Assembly (NCBI RefSeq): GCF_009834535.1
Contig: NC_045707.1
Location: 59,956,001 to 60,020,000 of the forward strand
DNA: 64,000 bases
Direction: 5' to 3'
Source: Camelus ferus
Lineage: Eukaryota
Part shown: positions 25,150 through 37,446 of the stretch, piece after piece
Layout of the letters: the number at the start of each line of letters is the position of its first letter
Position numbering within the stretch: position 1 is the first letter of the stretch
The notes under the pieces: generated by a model
The model's database searches: none
Told to the model about the DNA's origin: nothing
Seen by the model: the letters and a program-made list of their open reading frames with translations, nothing else
Program-made: the position numbers and the translations under genes

Positions 25150-25480
25150 CACACGCTGCTTACTTCCATGCGATTATTCTATACTCTGCCTGGAATGCTC
25201 AGTCCGTCCCATCTCCGTCACTGAGCTGACCATGTCTCAGTCCCAGAGTTATTAGCTCTCCTTTTTCACACGCTCATAACACCCTGTACTTCTCTGTTGC
25301 AACATTGTTCTCAGTTCTAATTAATGAATTATTTGTGTGATTATTAGCTTACTGTTTATCCCAATGAACAAGAAACTCCATGAGAAATGAGACCATGGGT
25401 GTGTTGATTACACATTTCTAAGATACTGTCACCTGGCTCAGTACTCTGCCCACAGTAAATAAAATGTTTTGTGTCAAATT
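25150..25480 (+). mobile_element. L2 3' end
   Basis: tctgcctggaatgctc...aaactccatgagaaatgagacc...ctggctcagtactctgcccacagtaaataaaatgtttt. Confidence 0.6.
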
Positions 25481-25779
25481 AATGTATAAATGAGATGTCA
25501 CAGCTGTGGGCCACTGGGTGGATGAAAGAGTCCTTCCCTCAAATCTCAGGCTTCCTACTTTGGTTTTTGTCAAAGATGATAACTGTAGTTTCCAAGGAGC
25601 TCTGAAAGTTCTAGCAAGATGACTGAGCTGCCTCTGGTAGGTAAGACTTTGGGCAGTAAAATACGGTTTGGTGACAATGAACCAGGAACACAAAGAGCCA
25701 ACATCGTCAACTTCCAAGTGCCCTCCTTACAAGCTGCCTGAAGACTTCAAACATCCAACTCAGCCACATTACTCCAGGG

Positions 25780-26010
25780 GATAAGTGCACAATCTTTGGA
25801 ATGAGAGCAAATCAGACAGATATACAGTCATGTACTCGTTCTGCTAATTACTAGTTGTGTCATATTGGACAATTTTCATCTCTGAGTCTCATTTTCATAA
25901 TAGATGAAAAATAGAAGTAGTATATTTTCATGAAGTTATTATGATAAGGGAAATAAAATAATGTAAGGACAATTCTTGGCATGCGGTAACTAGGTTACTA
26001 AATAAAGTCA
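25780..26010 (+). mobile_element. MIR SINE
   Basis: ctgctaattactagttgtgtcatattggacaattttcatctctgagtctcattttcataatagatgaaaaatag. Confidence 0.7.
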
Positions 26011-27497
26011 GTCCCCCCTCCTTTGGAATGGGTAACCACCATCCGGCTTTTCCTAATGGACAGCACACCACAATCCACCATGAGAACAAAGTTAGAAAGT
26101 GCATCAGCTTAAGAATATAGAGCACTGCTTACTGAACTTCAATCTATGTAAGTCATTCATTAAAAAAATGAAACGAAACACAGGTAGAAGCCATATGTTT
26201 AAGATGTAGGTTAGGTGAGCAGCACCAGGCTAGCTACTGCAATATTTTCAAGACACACCAACTTTGGCCTATGGCATTTTCAGACCGAACCCAGGATTAT
26301 GCTTACTGTTTGAAATCGCAGTTTGGAGAAGCAGCTTCTATCCCAAAAAGACAGAAATACTTCATATTGACTACACATCTGAGGGAAAAAAAGGACAGCT
26401 TCATCCTCAGTGCTGCAGGACCTGGAACTGACACGTACGCCAAGAAGCTACGTCATCCTCAACTTCCTTCTATTACCACCAGTTGGCATGATCAGATGAG
26501 AAAAATGCAAATGAGGCAGTTACAGAAAGTGCAGAGCGGTGATTGGAGTATTGCTCCTTCCAGCTGATAGAGATCTGCCAGCTCATCAAGTTGCTGCCCT
26601 CCACTCACAGCTCGTCACTCAGTACCCAGTGTTTTTGACTATTTACAATACGTAGTCAACCTAGTGCTTCAAAAAAGATTTGAAGAGTCACAATAAGAGC
26701 ATTTAAAACAGAGAAATTTGTATGTTAACTGCTCTTATTCCAAGAGAGATCAGAAACCGCTTAGAGGAAGGGAAGAGAGATTCTAGGAAAATGGCATAAA
26801 ACAGTCCTGCAGTTGAAGAGCAAATTTAGCACTCAGCTAAATTTTGTGATGGATTTTATAGTTCTCTTTGTCTGCAAGCAAGCTCATTTGAGAGGCAGAT
26901 TTTGCTGGCATTAAATCCTGGGCAGAATGTATTTTGTGGATTCTTATACATGCAAGGGAGATGTTAGAGATGGGATGAAAAGTATCGTTTGAATACGTGA
27001 TGGCAAAACCATCTTCTTACGGTCGTTTCTTACAACATTTGATGAACACTAAGGGCAAAACGGTAAGTCATTTCATAAAGTTTAAGTAATACATTGCTTC
27101 CTGAAGATATCTCCTGTTGAAAAATTTAGGAAAAGCAGTGTAATATTCTCATTAGGTACTTTATACCTGCAGTTCCGGGATATCAGGAATTTCTAATGAG
27201 TAAAATCAGTTGCTGGGGCGGAAGAACACCAGGACAAGGGGTTGCCACGTGTGAATTTTAATCAGATACAGATAATTCTGTCACTGTAATCATCTCAAAA
27301 AGAAAAGCTATTTTAAATGGCAAAAAAGTAGATTATTAAAGGGTTGGTCCTTTTATAAAATGTACAGTAAAAATATCACCACATACTTCTAACATCTTTT
27401 TTTTCCCCCTATTTGCCACAACCCATGACAGCTTGGCCACAGAGCAGCTCGAGAATACAGACATTCAGGAATTACCACCTCAGACAATTTTCCTAAA

Positions 27498-27671
27498 GTC
27501 AGCCAGCTTCCTGGGAGTGCCGCACACAGTGTCACAGGGCCCTGCACTCAGTAGGGCCTCTCAATGAGGGATTCAATGCTCTGTGGTCATCATCTTGAAT
27601 TCCCCCCAAAAACAAAATGCCTGCTATTTTCATTTTGCACTGGGCACCCCTACATGATGTAGCCAGTCCTG
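27498..27671 (+). mobile_element. MER53 (hAT MITE)
   Basis: gccagcttcctgggagtgc...gtcacagggccctgcactcagtagggcc...ttcaatgctctgtggtcatcatcttgaa...ttttcattttgcactgggc...atgtagccagtcctg. Confidence 0.85.
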
Positions 27672-28282
27672 CTTAAAATATTGCAGGCATCATGTAGGCT
27701 TTAAAGTAACAAATTCAAGATTTCATTTCCAGTGAGTGCTCGAAGCACACACAGAATACTGTCACTTGAAAGGAGAGTGAAAGTCTTCAGAAACAAGAGA
27801 TGGAAGTGGCAAGCAGACATTTTACAGTGAAAACGGTGACGTGTGACTGCACCCAGATCAAAGGTTATTTCGGCTCTCAACAGGCTGCCCACATGCCTTG
27901 GGAGAAAAGGCTGACATTTTTCTAAAGGAGTGAAAGTTACAATTGCTCAAATGATGAGACCAGTATTAAGCTGAGCCTGCATAGGTCTGTATCAGAGAGC
28001 ATGCAAAAAAAAAAAAAAAAAAAAAAAATTGAGCTGGACCAGGGAAATGTTAATATCCTCTATTTTCACTCCTCTAGCACACAACACCACCTCTTGAAGG
28101 GCCTGTCGCAATGAATTAGCCCCCCAAAAGACACTCAAATTATCTTCCCCAGCTTTGCCAGCAAAAAGAATTTAGCCTCAACCACGTGAATTGGGACAAT
28201 TTATGCCTAAGACCACCCACCCCCCAACATGTGGCATCACCGAAGTAAAAGAAAAAAAAGTTTTTCCTGACAATAATTAGTC

Positions 28283-28550
28283 TAAGTGTGGTATGGCTTT
28301 GGAGCAAAATCAATATGGAATTAAACCCAGCTAGGTCTGACACTTAAGGGCTATGTGACCCCCAGCAAGGGATCTTACTGTCTGTCCCTAAACCTCAGTT
28401 TCCTCCACCTGTAAAGTAAGTATAGGATGACTGTGGCGACTACATGGACATTTTAATATAATGGCTCACAGCAGGCACTCTGGAGTAATCCTGGCCCTGC
28501 CACTTCCTGGTCGTATATTTTCTGCCAAGTCACTTGACCTCTGTGTCTCA
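28283..28550 (+). mobile_element. MIR SINE fragments
   Basis: gctatgtgacccccagcaag...cctcagtttcctccacctgtaaagt; second core aatcctggccctgccacttcctg...ccaagtcacttgacctctgtgtctcag. Confidence 0.7.
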
Positions 28551-29366
28551 GGATTGCCTGCTCGTTAGTTTTGAATCGAAAAAGACCTGTTTGTTGGGTA
28601 CCCCGTTGTAACTCTTGCTGTAGTGGGAATGTGTCTGAGCATCACTGCTCCGAGGCTCTGGGGATACTCCCCTGGGTGACCCAGACCTTGCACTGTCAGC
28701 CCTTCTGCACACGTCAAATAGCATACCCGCATCGCTTCCCCCCAGTCTCTCATTCTCCAGCACCCAAAGAGCAGGCTGTGCCTTCAGACCCTGACCTTGG
28801 ACAAATTACTTAGTCGCACATGCATCCATTCTGATGAAACAGGATGTCCCAGACTGGGCCTGAACTGACATACAGACACGTCTAGCACATGAGGACCTTC
28901 ACTTCATTCATCTGTAGGAATGGATTACTCTTCTCCCGGGATTTAGGTCATGCTCTGTTGAAATTGCCCGGGTCTGTCCCCCACTGGAGTATAAATTCCT
29001 TGAGGACAGGACAGTGGCTTTTGCACCAGTTTTGTTCCATCAGAGCTTATCAGATGGTGCACCTACCTCTCATGGACTGTAGATTAAATGTCTAAAAAAT
29101 AAGAGTAAAGAGCTCAGACCAGCGGAGCCTCTCAGTAACTATTTGTGCCCCTCAAACTGTATCGTCCTTTTCTTTTCCACAAAGTAAGGCTGAGCTAAGC
29201 TTTTAGTCATTCATCTTTGTGTTGAAGTATTTTACTTGACTCTTAACTCTTTGAATATTGTTAAATCATGCACATTACATATGGGGATAATTCAGTTCTA
29301 CAATAATTGGTCTTTTTTTTTTCATCTCTAGCATAAGGTTGCCACCAGAACAATGCTTTCCAAATA

Positions 29367-30180
29367 TAGGCATACCTTGGAGACAACGCAGCTTCAGTTC
29401 CAGAACACTGCAAAAAAGTAAGTATTACACGAAAGTGAGCCACGTGAATTTTTTGGTTTCCCAGTGCATATGATGTTTATGCTATAATGAAGTCTATTAA
29501 GTGGGCATTCACATCATGTCTTAAAAAATGATCTGTGTACCTTAACTTTAAAATACTTTATTGTTAAAAAATTAACCATCATCTAAGCCTTAAGCAAGTC
29601 ATAAACTTTTTGGTGCTAGAGGGTCTTGCCTCATACTGATGGCTATGAACTGAGCAGGGTAGTAGTGGCTGTTGAAGGCTGGGGTGGCTGTGGCAATTTC
29701 TTAAAATAAGACAAAAATGAAGTTTACCATACTGACATTTCCTTTCACTTGAACACTTAAAGGCCACTGTTGGGTTATTAACTGGCCTAATTTCAATATT
29801 ATTGTGTCTCAGGGAATAGGGTGGTCCAAGGAGACGTAGAGAGATGGGGAATGGACAGTCAGTGGAGCAGTCAGAACACACACAACATTTATAAATTAAG
29901 TCTGCTGTCTTATAGGGGCATGGTTCACAGCGCCTTGAAACAACTTCAATAGTAACATCAAAGATCACTGATCACAGATCACTATGACAAATATAATAAT
30001 GAAAAAGGTTGAAATATTGTGAGAATGACCAAAATGTGAAACAGAGACACAAAGAAAGCAAATGCTGTTGGAAAAATGGTGCCAATGGACTTGCTTAATG
30101 CAGGATTGATACAAACCTTCATTTTGTCAAAAACATAGTACCTGCCTACCTGTGAAGCACAATAAAATGGAGTATGCCTG
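29367..30180 (-). mobile_element. Internally deleted Tigger1 (~814 bp; Tigger1a_Art-like)
   Basis: TA-flanked ends (t)aggcatacct at 29367 and agtatgcctg at 30180; both halves align in reverse to the two ends of the 9998-12458 copy; ~1.6 kb of transposase missing. Confidence 0.92.
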
Positions 30181-30808
30181 TACTGGTTGCTTGATAAATA
30201 GTTGATGGATGAATGAGTGAATGAATTAAATGATTGAGGACTTAGCAATCTGTTCCATCATCTCCTCTCTCATTCATCGCAGATGTGGCTAAGAATTTAT
30301 AACAAACCAGCAAATTCTAAGTGCATAAAGACCAAATTACACAGGCAGATCTGTAGAAGAGGCATGCTTAACTCCAGCTCTTATGCACATTCCCACCCTC
30401 TGAGGGAGGCAAGTGCCTTTTGTTTTGCAAGAACACCTGAGAGTCACCAACCTAGGAAAATTCCTCCAGGGTTTATGCAAAATTAAAAGATTTGGCTTTT
30501 AAGGTGCAATTATAAGGGAACTCCTGGCCTGCAATATAAAGTCTCTGGCACTCCAACGTCTTCATTTAAAAGTTCAGCTGAACAGATCTTCTGTCTATTT
30601 GATCTATTTCAACTTAAGTAAATTGCTATGACTACACAAAGTCCTAATAAATGAAGATACCATATAGACGGGCAAGAATCACAAAGGAACTATGTAAAGG
30701 TATGCTAATGGTTTCTAATTCTCCTGGTTTTCTATTCCTTTTCCCTCAGCTTTCAAAAAGTAGAAAGTCTCTCCAAAGGAAGCTTTGGTAAAACAGTATT
30801 GTGTAGGG

Positions 30809-30985
30809 CAGTGGTTCTCAAACTTCAGTCACTTCAGAAATCACCCAGAGGACTGATTATACACAAAGCCTGGGCTCCAGCCTCAGAGTCTGGCATTCAG
30901 TAGATCTGGGGCAGCATCCATGAACTACAGGTTTTTAAGTAATGCCGATGCTGCTGGCCCAGGAACTGTACTTTGCAAAGCACTG
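30809..30985. mobile_element. MER5A (hAT-Charlie MITE)
   Basis: cagtggttctcaaacttcag...agaaatcacccagagg...cagagtctggcattcagtagatctgggg...gatgctgctggcccaggaactgtactttgcaaagcactg. Confidence 0.85.
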
Positions 30986-31139
30986 GCATAAGGCAGAGGC
31001 AGTACTGAGGCCGCAGAGCAATACGGTTAAGAGCGCAGGCTTTGGACCAGACACACAGGTTAGGACTTAGCGTTTCCCAACTGTATGAACTTTGGCAGCT
31101 TAGTAGTCTATCTTCCTTTGAATAACTTTTCCATGTTTG

Positions 31140-31590
31140 GAGATACTCCTGTGCCATTAGTCCCATGTCCCCAGTGCTGAAGTCAAACTCAAACTGTGGC
31201 CAGATCCCAAACATGTGACCTGTGCTTCACTCATCAGATGCACCCACTGAGGCATCAATTCACAAATGAGCAACGTGTGGAAACAAGCTCTCTGGGCAGC
31301 TGCCATATGGCTAGCACTGGGAATGGTAGGCATCCAGTTTCCTGGGGCCTCAGTGGCTGAGAGGTCAAGTTCCTGATGTTCAAGAGGCATCAATACAGCA
31401 AGGTCAAGTTTCTGGCATTGATCACTTGATCCAGCAGCTTCCTCAACAGGCCAGTGAAGCAGCTTGACTTCACAGGAAGTTAAGCCCTGAGTTTTGGCTC
31501 GAGCTACTCAAATGCTCTCAGGGCCACCTGCTATGCTGTAATAAACTCATTTTTACTGTAATGGATTCTATGAACCCAGTAACACCCACA
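31140..31590 (+). mobile_element. Old ERVL-type LTR (LTR33-like)
   Basis: acatgtgacctgtgcttcactcatcagatgcacccac...gcagcttcctc...aataaactcattttt near the 3' end. Confidence 0.5.
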
Positions 31591-32764
31591 TTCTAGTGCT
31601 TTGATCCGATAAATATCAATGGAGCCTCAATTTCCTTCTTTGCAAAACTGAAGTATTACCAAACGAAGATTGGTTCAGAAATTTTTATACAGCATGAATT
31701 ATTTTATACCCACACACGTTTTTAACCTCAAATGTATTCCGTTTTTTTCACAAAGCTCTAATTTCATATGCTTAATACTCTTTAAAAAATATGGTAATGG
31801 GTAATTTTTTTTTACAAACAAGATTCCTTTAACTCACATCAGCTAGCCAGAAAAACAAATTTATGTTAAGTATTTTTTTTCTCCTCTCTTCTCTCCTCCC
31901 AGAATTTTGGATATTTTCAAATGAAATATTCAATATATCAAAATGAAAAACAGTGATTAGCAAAATGTCTGGAAGAAACAAAAACATAGTATCCGAAGTG
32001 ATGCTTCCAACACACAGACTTTCCCTAGGCTATGCCTATAAGAGAGGGGAGAGAAACCAAAATGTGTTTTTCCACGTCTACTTTTTCCATAGCCCCAAGA
32101 AGACCTCCTGGCAAAGCTGTCACATCTAATCTTATCTTACATTCTTGGATGCTGTTTACTAACCTCTTTTTTTTTTCCCAGCTGACAAGCTGATGAGCAC
32201 AACTTCAGTTTCTAGTTTTGACTGCAATTTTCTTTTTCCTTCCAGTCCTCAGGACAGATGCTGTTGTCAGATAACCTGCCTACTTAAACCCATTTGACTG
32301 ATGTCGAGCACAAAGTAGCAGGCTGGACCACAAGTTCACCAGCCACCTCCTGTCCCTTCTCTCCCTGTCATTCAAAGGCCAAGTTCCTCAAGGCCATGGC
32401 AGTTTCAGTCAAGGACTAGGATGCCCAGTAAAATTGTCATAGGCCTAAATTTTAAGAACACTCAAGCTGGAAGAGACTTTGTACACTTGGGCACAATCAC
32501 ACACCTGGAAAATATGGGAAAGAGGATTTGATCTCAGGTCTCCCTGATTGCAAAAGTCCCAGCTCTTAACCATTTTTGTCATATTTCCTCTCTCCATGCA
32601 TGTGAAATAGGAATTACACTAATTCTGTATACTTCTTGAAAGCCTGCATTATTAAATTGTTTTGTAGAATACAGTAAATATTTACTCATCTCTTAGAATT
32701 GCTGTTTTGATAAGAGACTACCATCTTTATTCTGATGCTTTAAAAATCCAAATCGGAGGTACAT

Positions 32765-33300
32765 ATTACAGGATGAGGTTTGAACGGAGGGTGTAATTCC
32801 AAGGCAGTAAGCCTGAGGAGGAAGGGGAACACGCAGGAAAGGAGCAAAAGAAAATATAAGGTGGGCGCATTATGAACTTATAACAAAATACAGTCAGCAG
32901 CTCAGGTACACAGGGAGATGTCCTCAGATAGGCCGTGCAGAGCCAGGCACCTTGGGACAATCAAGAGAGAATGTTATCTACACTCGTCTTCCAGCCACAT
33001 CTTCCTCATGGGTCAGACAGCCCCAGGTCATGGTAACTCTTCATATTTTCTGTCTTCTTTCCCCTGCCCTCTACATAACAGCTGGGACAAGACTCCAGAA
33101 CCTCTGTATTGTGGGACAGCACTTCCGCTAAGACTGGAAGTTGTAGAAGGACCTTCTGTGAGTCTTGTCAGCCTGGACCAAGAGGTAGGACTTGGGTATC
33201 AGACCGCCATAACCGGGCCTCAGTCCAGCAGAGGATGTGTTAGGGGAGACAGCGGTTACCAAGGCCTGGGGAGGCACCGAGCTGGGTCCAGGACAGTTGC
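32765..33300 (-). mobile_element. Degenerate LTR (MaLR/ERVL-like)
   Basis: gatgaggtttgaacggaggg...ttccaaggcagtaagcctgaggaggaagggg pattern typical of antisense old LTRs. Confidence 0.35.
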
Positions 33301-33939
33301 TTAGACAGCTTCTAATGCTCTTTCTAAGTCTAATGATCTGTGATTCAAGACATCCCAGTGGGGTTAATGCCCTGCTGAGGATCAAACAGCCAATCAGCTG
33401 AAGACTGAAACTTGAAACTCCCAAGAGTTCCTCTGGTGTGCTTTCTCCTATACCACTGCTTCTTTAAAACTCCCCAGAATCCTTCTGTGTCCTCAGAGTC
33501 CCTCAGACCACAGGTAGCAAACAGACACCTAGCCGGTCCAGACAGGTGCCACGAACTAGTAAACCGTGCCAGTTATTTGCACATGAGACCACAAAAAAGC
33601 ATCCTCCTGTGTGGCGAACTATTTCTTTACCATAAGAAAAATAATACAAGTGTGATAATAAATGAAAACACCCCGTGGTATGCTAGAAACAGCTCACACC
33701 AGATTGTGAGTCTGCCTTCCTTCTTGACAATGACTTCACATTGGGAACTTGAAGTTGACCGTGGTGGAAAACCATCAAATGCGACAAATCTGAGTTTTTA
33801 TTTTCTACAGAACCAAGTAAACACTGACCAGTGCAACACTGCACATGGCCTCAGTTTTAGACAACAGAAAGTTATGGGGCCTGTAGACTAGGGAGCATGT
33901 TCTCTTTAAAGAGGACAGTGAGATTCAGTCTTAGAAACA

Positions 33940-34050
33940 CACTGCCACGTAAGAATGCAGGCTTCGTGTGGTTGACCTTCCAAGTCTTCTGGGAAGTCAG
34001 AAACCCAGGTATTTAAATCAAAACCCCTATTTTTAAAATGTCATCTCACT
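33940..34050. mobile_element. MER103C-like hAT fragment
   Basis: gccacgtaagaatgcaggcttcgtgtggttgaccttccaagtcttctgggaagtcagaaacccagg...aaacccctatttttaaaatgt. Confidence 0.55.
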
Positions 34051-34816
34051 TTTTTTTTTAACCTAAACATCTCCCTAAGATAAACTGGGACTCTTGGACT
34101 CAAGTTGGCAAATTCTGGTTTAAACCAAGTATGACCCCAAAGGGGAGTATCCTACACACCTTCAACTAAATAAACATCAATATGAAGGAGCTGGTCTATG
34201 TTTTTCTTTTCCGGAAAAAGTAGCGAAAGATACTCCTTGGACTTGGCCAATGTGAGCTATTCCTTTACTTAACATAGCAGCAGCATCATTTGGTATTTAT
34301 CTGGCTGCCAGAAATGCACTGACCCAACTAGGAGCACCGTGGGACTAAAGTTTTACATTCTCTCTTCAAAATTCCTTTGTTGAGCAAACTTCACTTATAT
34401 TACTTTACAAAGTTCCAGATGACTTGCAGGCTGCTGATTTTCCTATTAGCCTTTATGTGAGCAGGCTCCCAGGGGGATAATTGGCAACACATGAAATAAT
34501 TTTTTATCCTGCTTGAGGATACTTTACTATTAAAAAATGACAATAGATGGGAACTAAAGGGGAAAAAAATCTTGTTTCCAAAGTCTAAGTTTTGTCCTAT
34601 TGGAAATGGCATTGGTTGCAAGGATGTAGTGACATCTGAGAATCTCTTGTAAGATCCACAGATACATCTGGAAGATGGGCACAGGACGGTGGTCCCTTGC
34701 CTTGTGGCAGGAGCTGCATTGTACCTAGTCTGTCATTGTTTGCAACTTAGCTTCACAGATTCTTAGTGACCTTGAACTTTTTTTTTTTTAGAATTTGGCA
34801 AGAATAAAGGATTGTA

Positions 34817-35489
34817 CCTTTTTAAAAATAAAAATTGTACACGTTTATAGTATACATGTTTTGATATACATATACATAATGAAAAGATTATTATAACAAA
34901 CTAATTAACATATCCATCTTCTCATCCATCTTTGTGTGCAGGTAGTACGAGTACCCGAAATCTACTCCCCAGCAAGTTTTCAGTATTCAGTACAGTATTA
35001 TTAACTATAGTCATCATGCTGTAGATTATATCTCTAGATTCATCCATCCTACATAACTGCAATTTTGTACCCTTTGACCAGTATCTCCCCATTTCCTCAA
35101 CCCCCCCACCACTACTCTTTCTATGTATTCAGCTTTTATAGATTCCTCATATAAGTGAGAACACACAGTACTTTTCATTCTGTGTCTGGCTTATTTCACT
35201 TAGCATAATGCCCTCCAGGTGCATCCATGTTGTCGCAAACGGCAGGGTCACCTTTTTAAAGCTAAATTATATTCCATAATATTATAATACATATTATACA
35301 TGTATCTACACATAACACATAGATACACACACATATATATAATCACGATTTCTTTATCCATTCATCCACTGATGGACACCTAGATTTCATATACTGGCTA
35401 TTGGGAATAACGCCACAATAAACGGGGGCGTGCAGGATTCCTTCAAGGCACTGGTTTCATTTCCTTTGGGTATATACTCAGAAGAGGCA
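34817..35489 (-). mobile_element. L1MA8/9-like 3' end, 5'-truncated
   Basis: ctaattaacatatccatc...aaatctactcc...tacagtattattaactatagtcatcatgctgta...attcctcatataagtgaga...ttctgtgtctggcttatttcacttagcataatg. Confidence 0.9.
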
Positions 35490-35591
35490 CAAAAAAAATG
35501 ATCCTACACCTAGAATTTATATCCAAGCCCAATGGGCAGGCTAGCCCTCTAATTTCTGATTATATTCTTTTTCTGAATTCTCTCTGGCTCC

Positions 35592-35611
35592 GGCTGGCTG
35601 GCTGGCTGGCT
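35592..35611 (+). repeat. (GGCT)5 microsatellite
   Basis: ggctggctggctggctggct. Confidence 0.85.
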
Positions 35612-35976
35612 GTCAGGCGTTCCATACACATATCTACACCAGTGGAGCTTCATTTGTAAGCACAGCTGGGGGAATCTGGAAGCCTCCCACTGCAGGGAGG
35701 TGCAGGGCACTGAGTAGGAACACACAGGAAATATGGATCCAAATGCATGAGCAGCTGGATATAGATAAAAAAAATCTCTCTAGATTCCATGTCAACCTTA
35801 TAAAACTTCGCTTAATATAAATCTGAATTCTCTTCAGCACATTCTGTCTGCCGGTCCACGACAAATTTGGAGATAATTTTTTTAAATTTATATTTACCAT
35901 TTACATGCTACCTAGATGGTAGAATATGGTAATATCTTTCAACTTTGCAGTGTCAAGCAACATAGTTGCATATACA

Positions 35977-36178
35977 TACAGGGTGTCTAAAAAGTCAGGA
36001 AACACTGGGAAAACTTACTTGTAAATAGTTCATAGTTACATTTTTAAATATAGTATCCTGAATGCATTTTACTTCGACTCCTAGAAAACATTTTGGGTAA
36101 AGGGTCTCTAAATTTAAAGCAGTGGGTATAACTGTTAATACACTACAGAGTGTCCAAAAAATCTGAAAACAGAGGGAA
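35977..36178. mobile_element. Probable ancient Tc1/mariner end with internal direct repeat
   Basis: TA-CAGGGTGTC.AAAA start; 35-bp direct repeats at 35977-36011 and 36144-36178 (28/35 identical). Confidence 0.5.
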
Positions 36179-37377
36179 GTGTGATTTTATTTTTATCTCA
36201 TGAACAACTGTTCGGAGCTTGACTACAATCAATATGTTTTTTCTCTCATTTAGTGAAACAAAATATCGTTTAAGTGATCATACTTGTTTGTCTCAATTAG
36301 AAGGAAAGTGTTTTAAAATTTCTAAAAATGTTCAGTCCTTTCTCTACAACTGGACATGCAAAAACAGTATGTCTGAAGCACTGCAAAATGAGCACAAATC
36401 CAATTGGCTTGAACAGACCACATCCAAGAACTTCGCATCATTACTAATTTTTTTCTGAGCCTGTGAGTAACCAGAGTCAGGAAGAAACAGGAGACAATAA
36501 ACAAGTGAGCTATTTCTCAAATGCAAATATTTTGGCTCAAGTTGAAAGATTACATTGCTTGTAGACGCACAATACTCTAAAATAACAAAACCAATATTCT
36601 CTTAAAAAATACCACATGCTGAGTTGAAAATATGTAATCTATTGAAAGTATTGAGCAGAAAATCTTCTCCCACAGAGCACACAAACACGGGTATGAGAAA
36701 GATTAATAAATATTACTCTGAGGAGGTTACTGGAGAGAACATTTCCTACTGGTAAACTTTATTATCCAGATTAGGATGCACTGATTACCAACTTTCATTA
36801 ATCTTATTTATTAAGGCTACTTTATAGTCTACTCAGATTCTGTTTACCAAGTACAAAGGAAGGAAACAAATGCCCATTGCGTTGACTAACTCAGCATCGG
36901 AGACATTAAAGACTGCATGGACAGGTTTCGCACTTTACAGCTTAGATCACCATTTAAAGATCATGTGCATTACCTGGTGATGTCAGCCTCTGTGACCAGG
37001 GAGGCAAACAGCTTTTCTGCTGCTACATCAGAAGTCAGTTACTTCTGTGTGCCAGAAAATCTGAACTTGTCTACCTTTGTCATTATTAACAGAAACTTAC
37101 TTTGTTATAATGTTCTTAAAATTTATAGATGTCATTGGCACACATTTCTTTTCTTGAAACACTGAGAGCTAAAAATAAAACAGTTTTACCATCTATCCCC
37201 AGGTATGATTAGTCAAATATATAAACAGCAGATAGGATGATTGATGTATCCATGTTATATTAGGCAGTCAATAAGCCTTCATCTTTCAGAAAATGCTGTC
37301 TCTATTTTGTAAAAGACTTGCAGTTAGAAATGTGTAAACAAATAATCAAAGAAATAACCCACATCAAACCATCTCAC

Positions 37378-37446
37378 AGTGCACATTAAACTTATACAAC
37401 GCTATATGCCAATTACATTGCAATAAAGCTGGAAAGAAAGAAAAAT
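37378..37446 (+). mobile_element. L1 extreme 3' tail
   Basis: cacattaaacttatacaacgctatatgccaattacattgcaataaagctggaaagaaagaaaaa. Confidence 0.75.

Noticed and set aside
32918..33891. Longer ORFs (128 aa and 159 aa)
   Set aside because: No recognisable domains, partly overlapping degenerate LTR sequence, and no exon structure.
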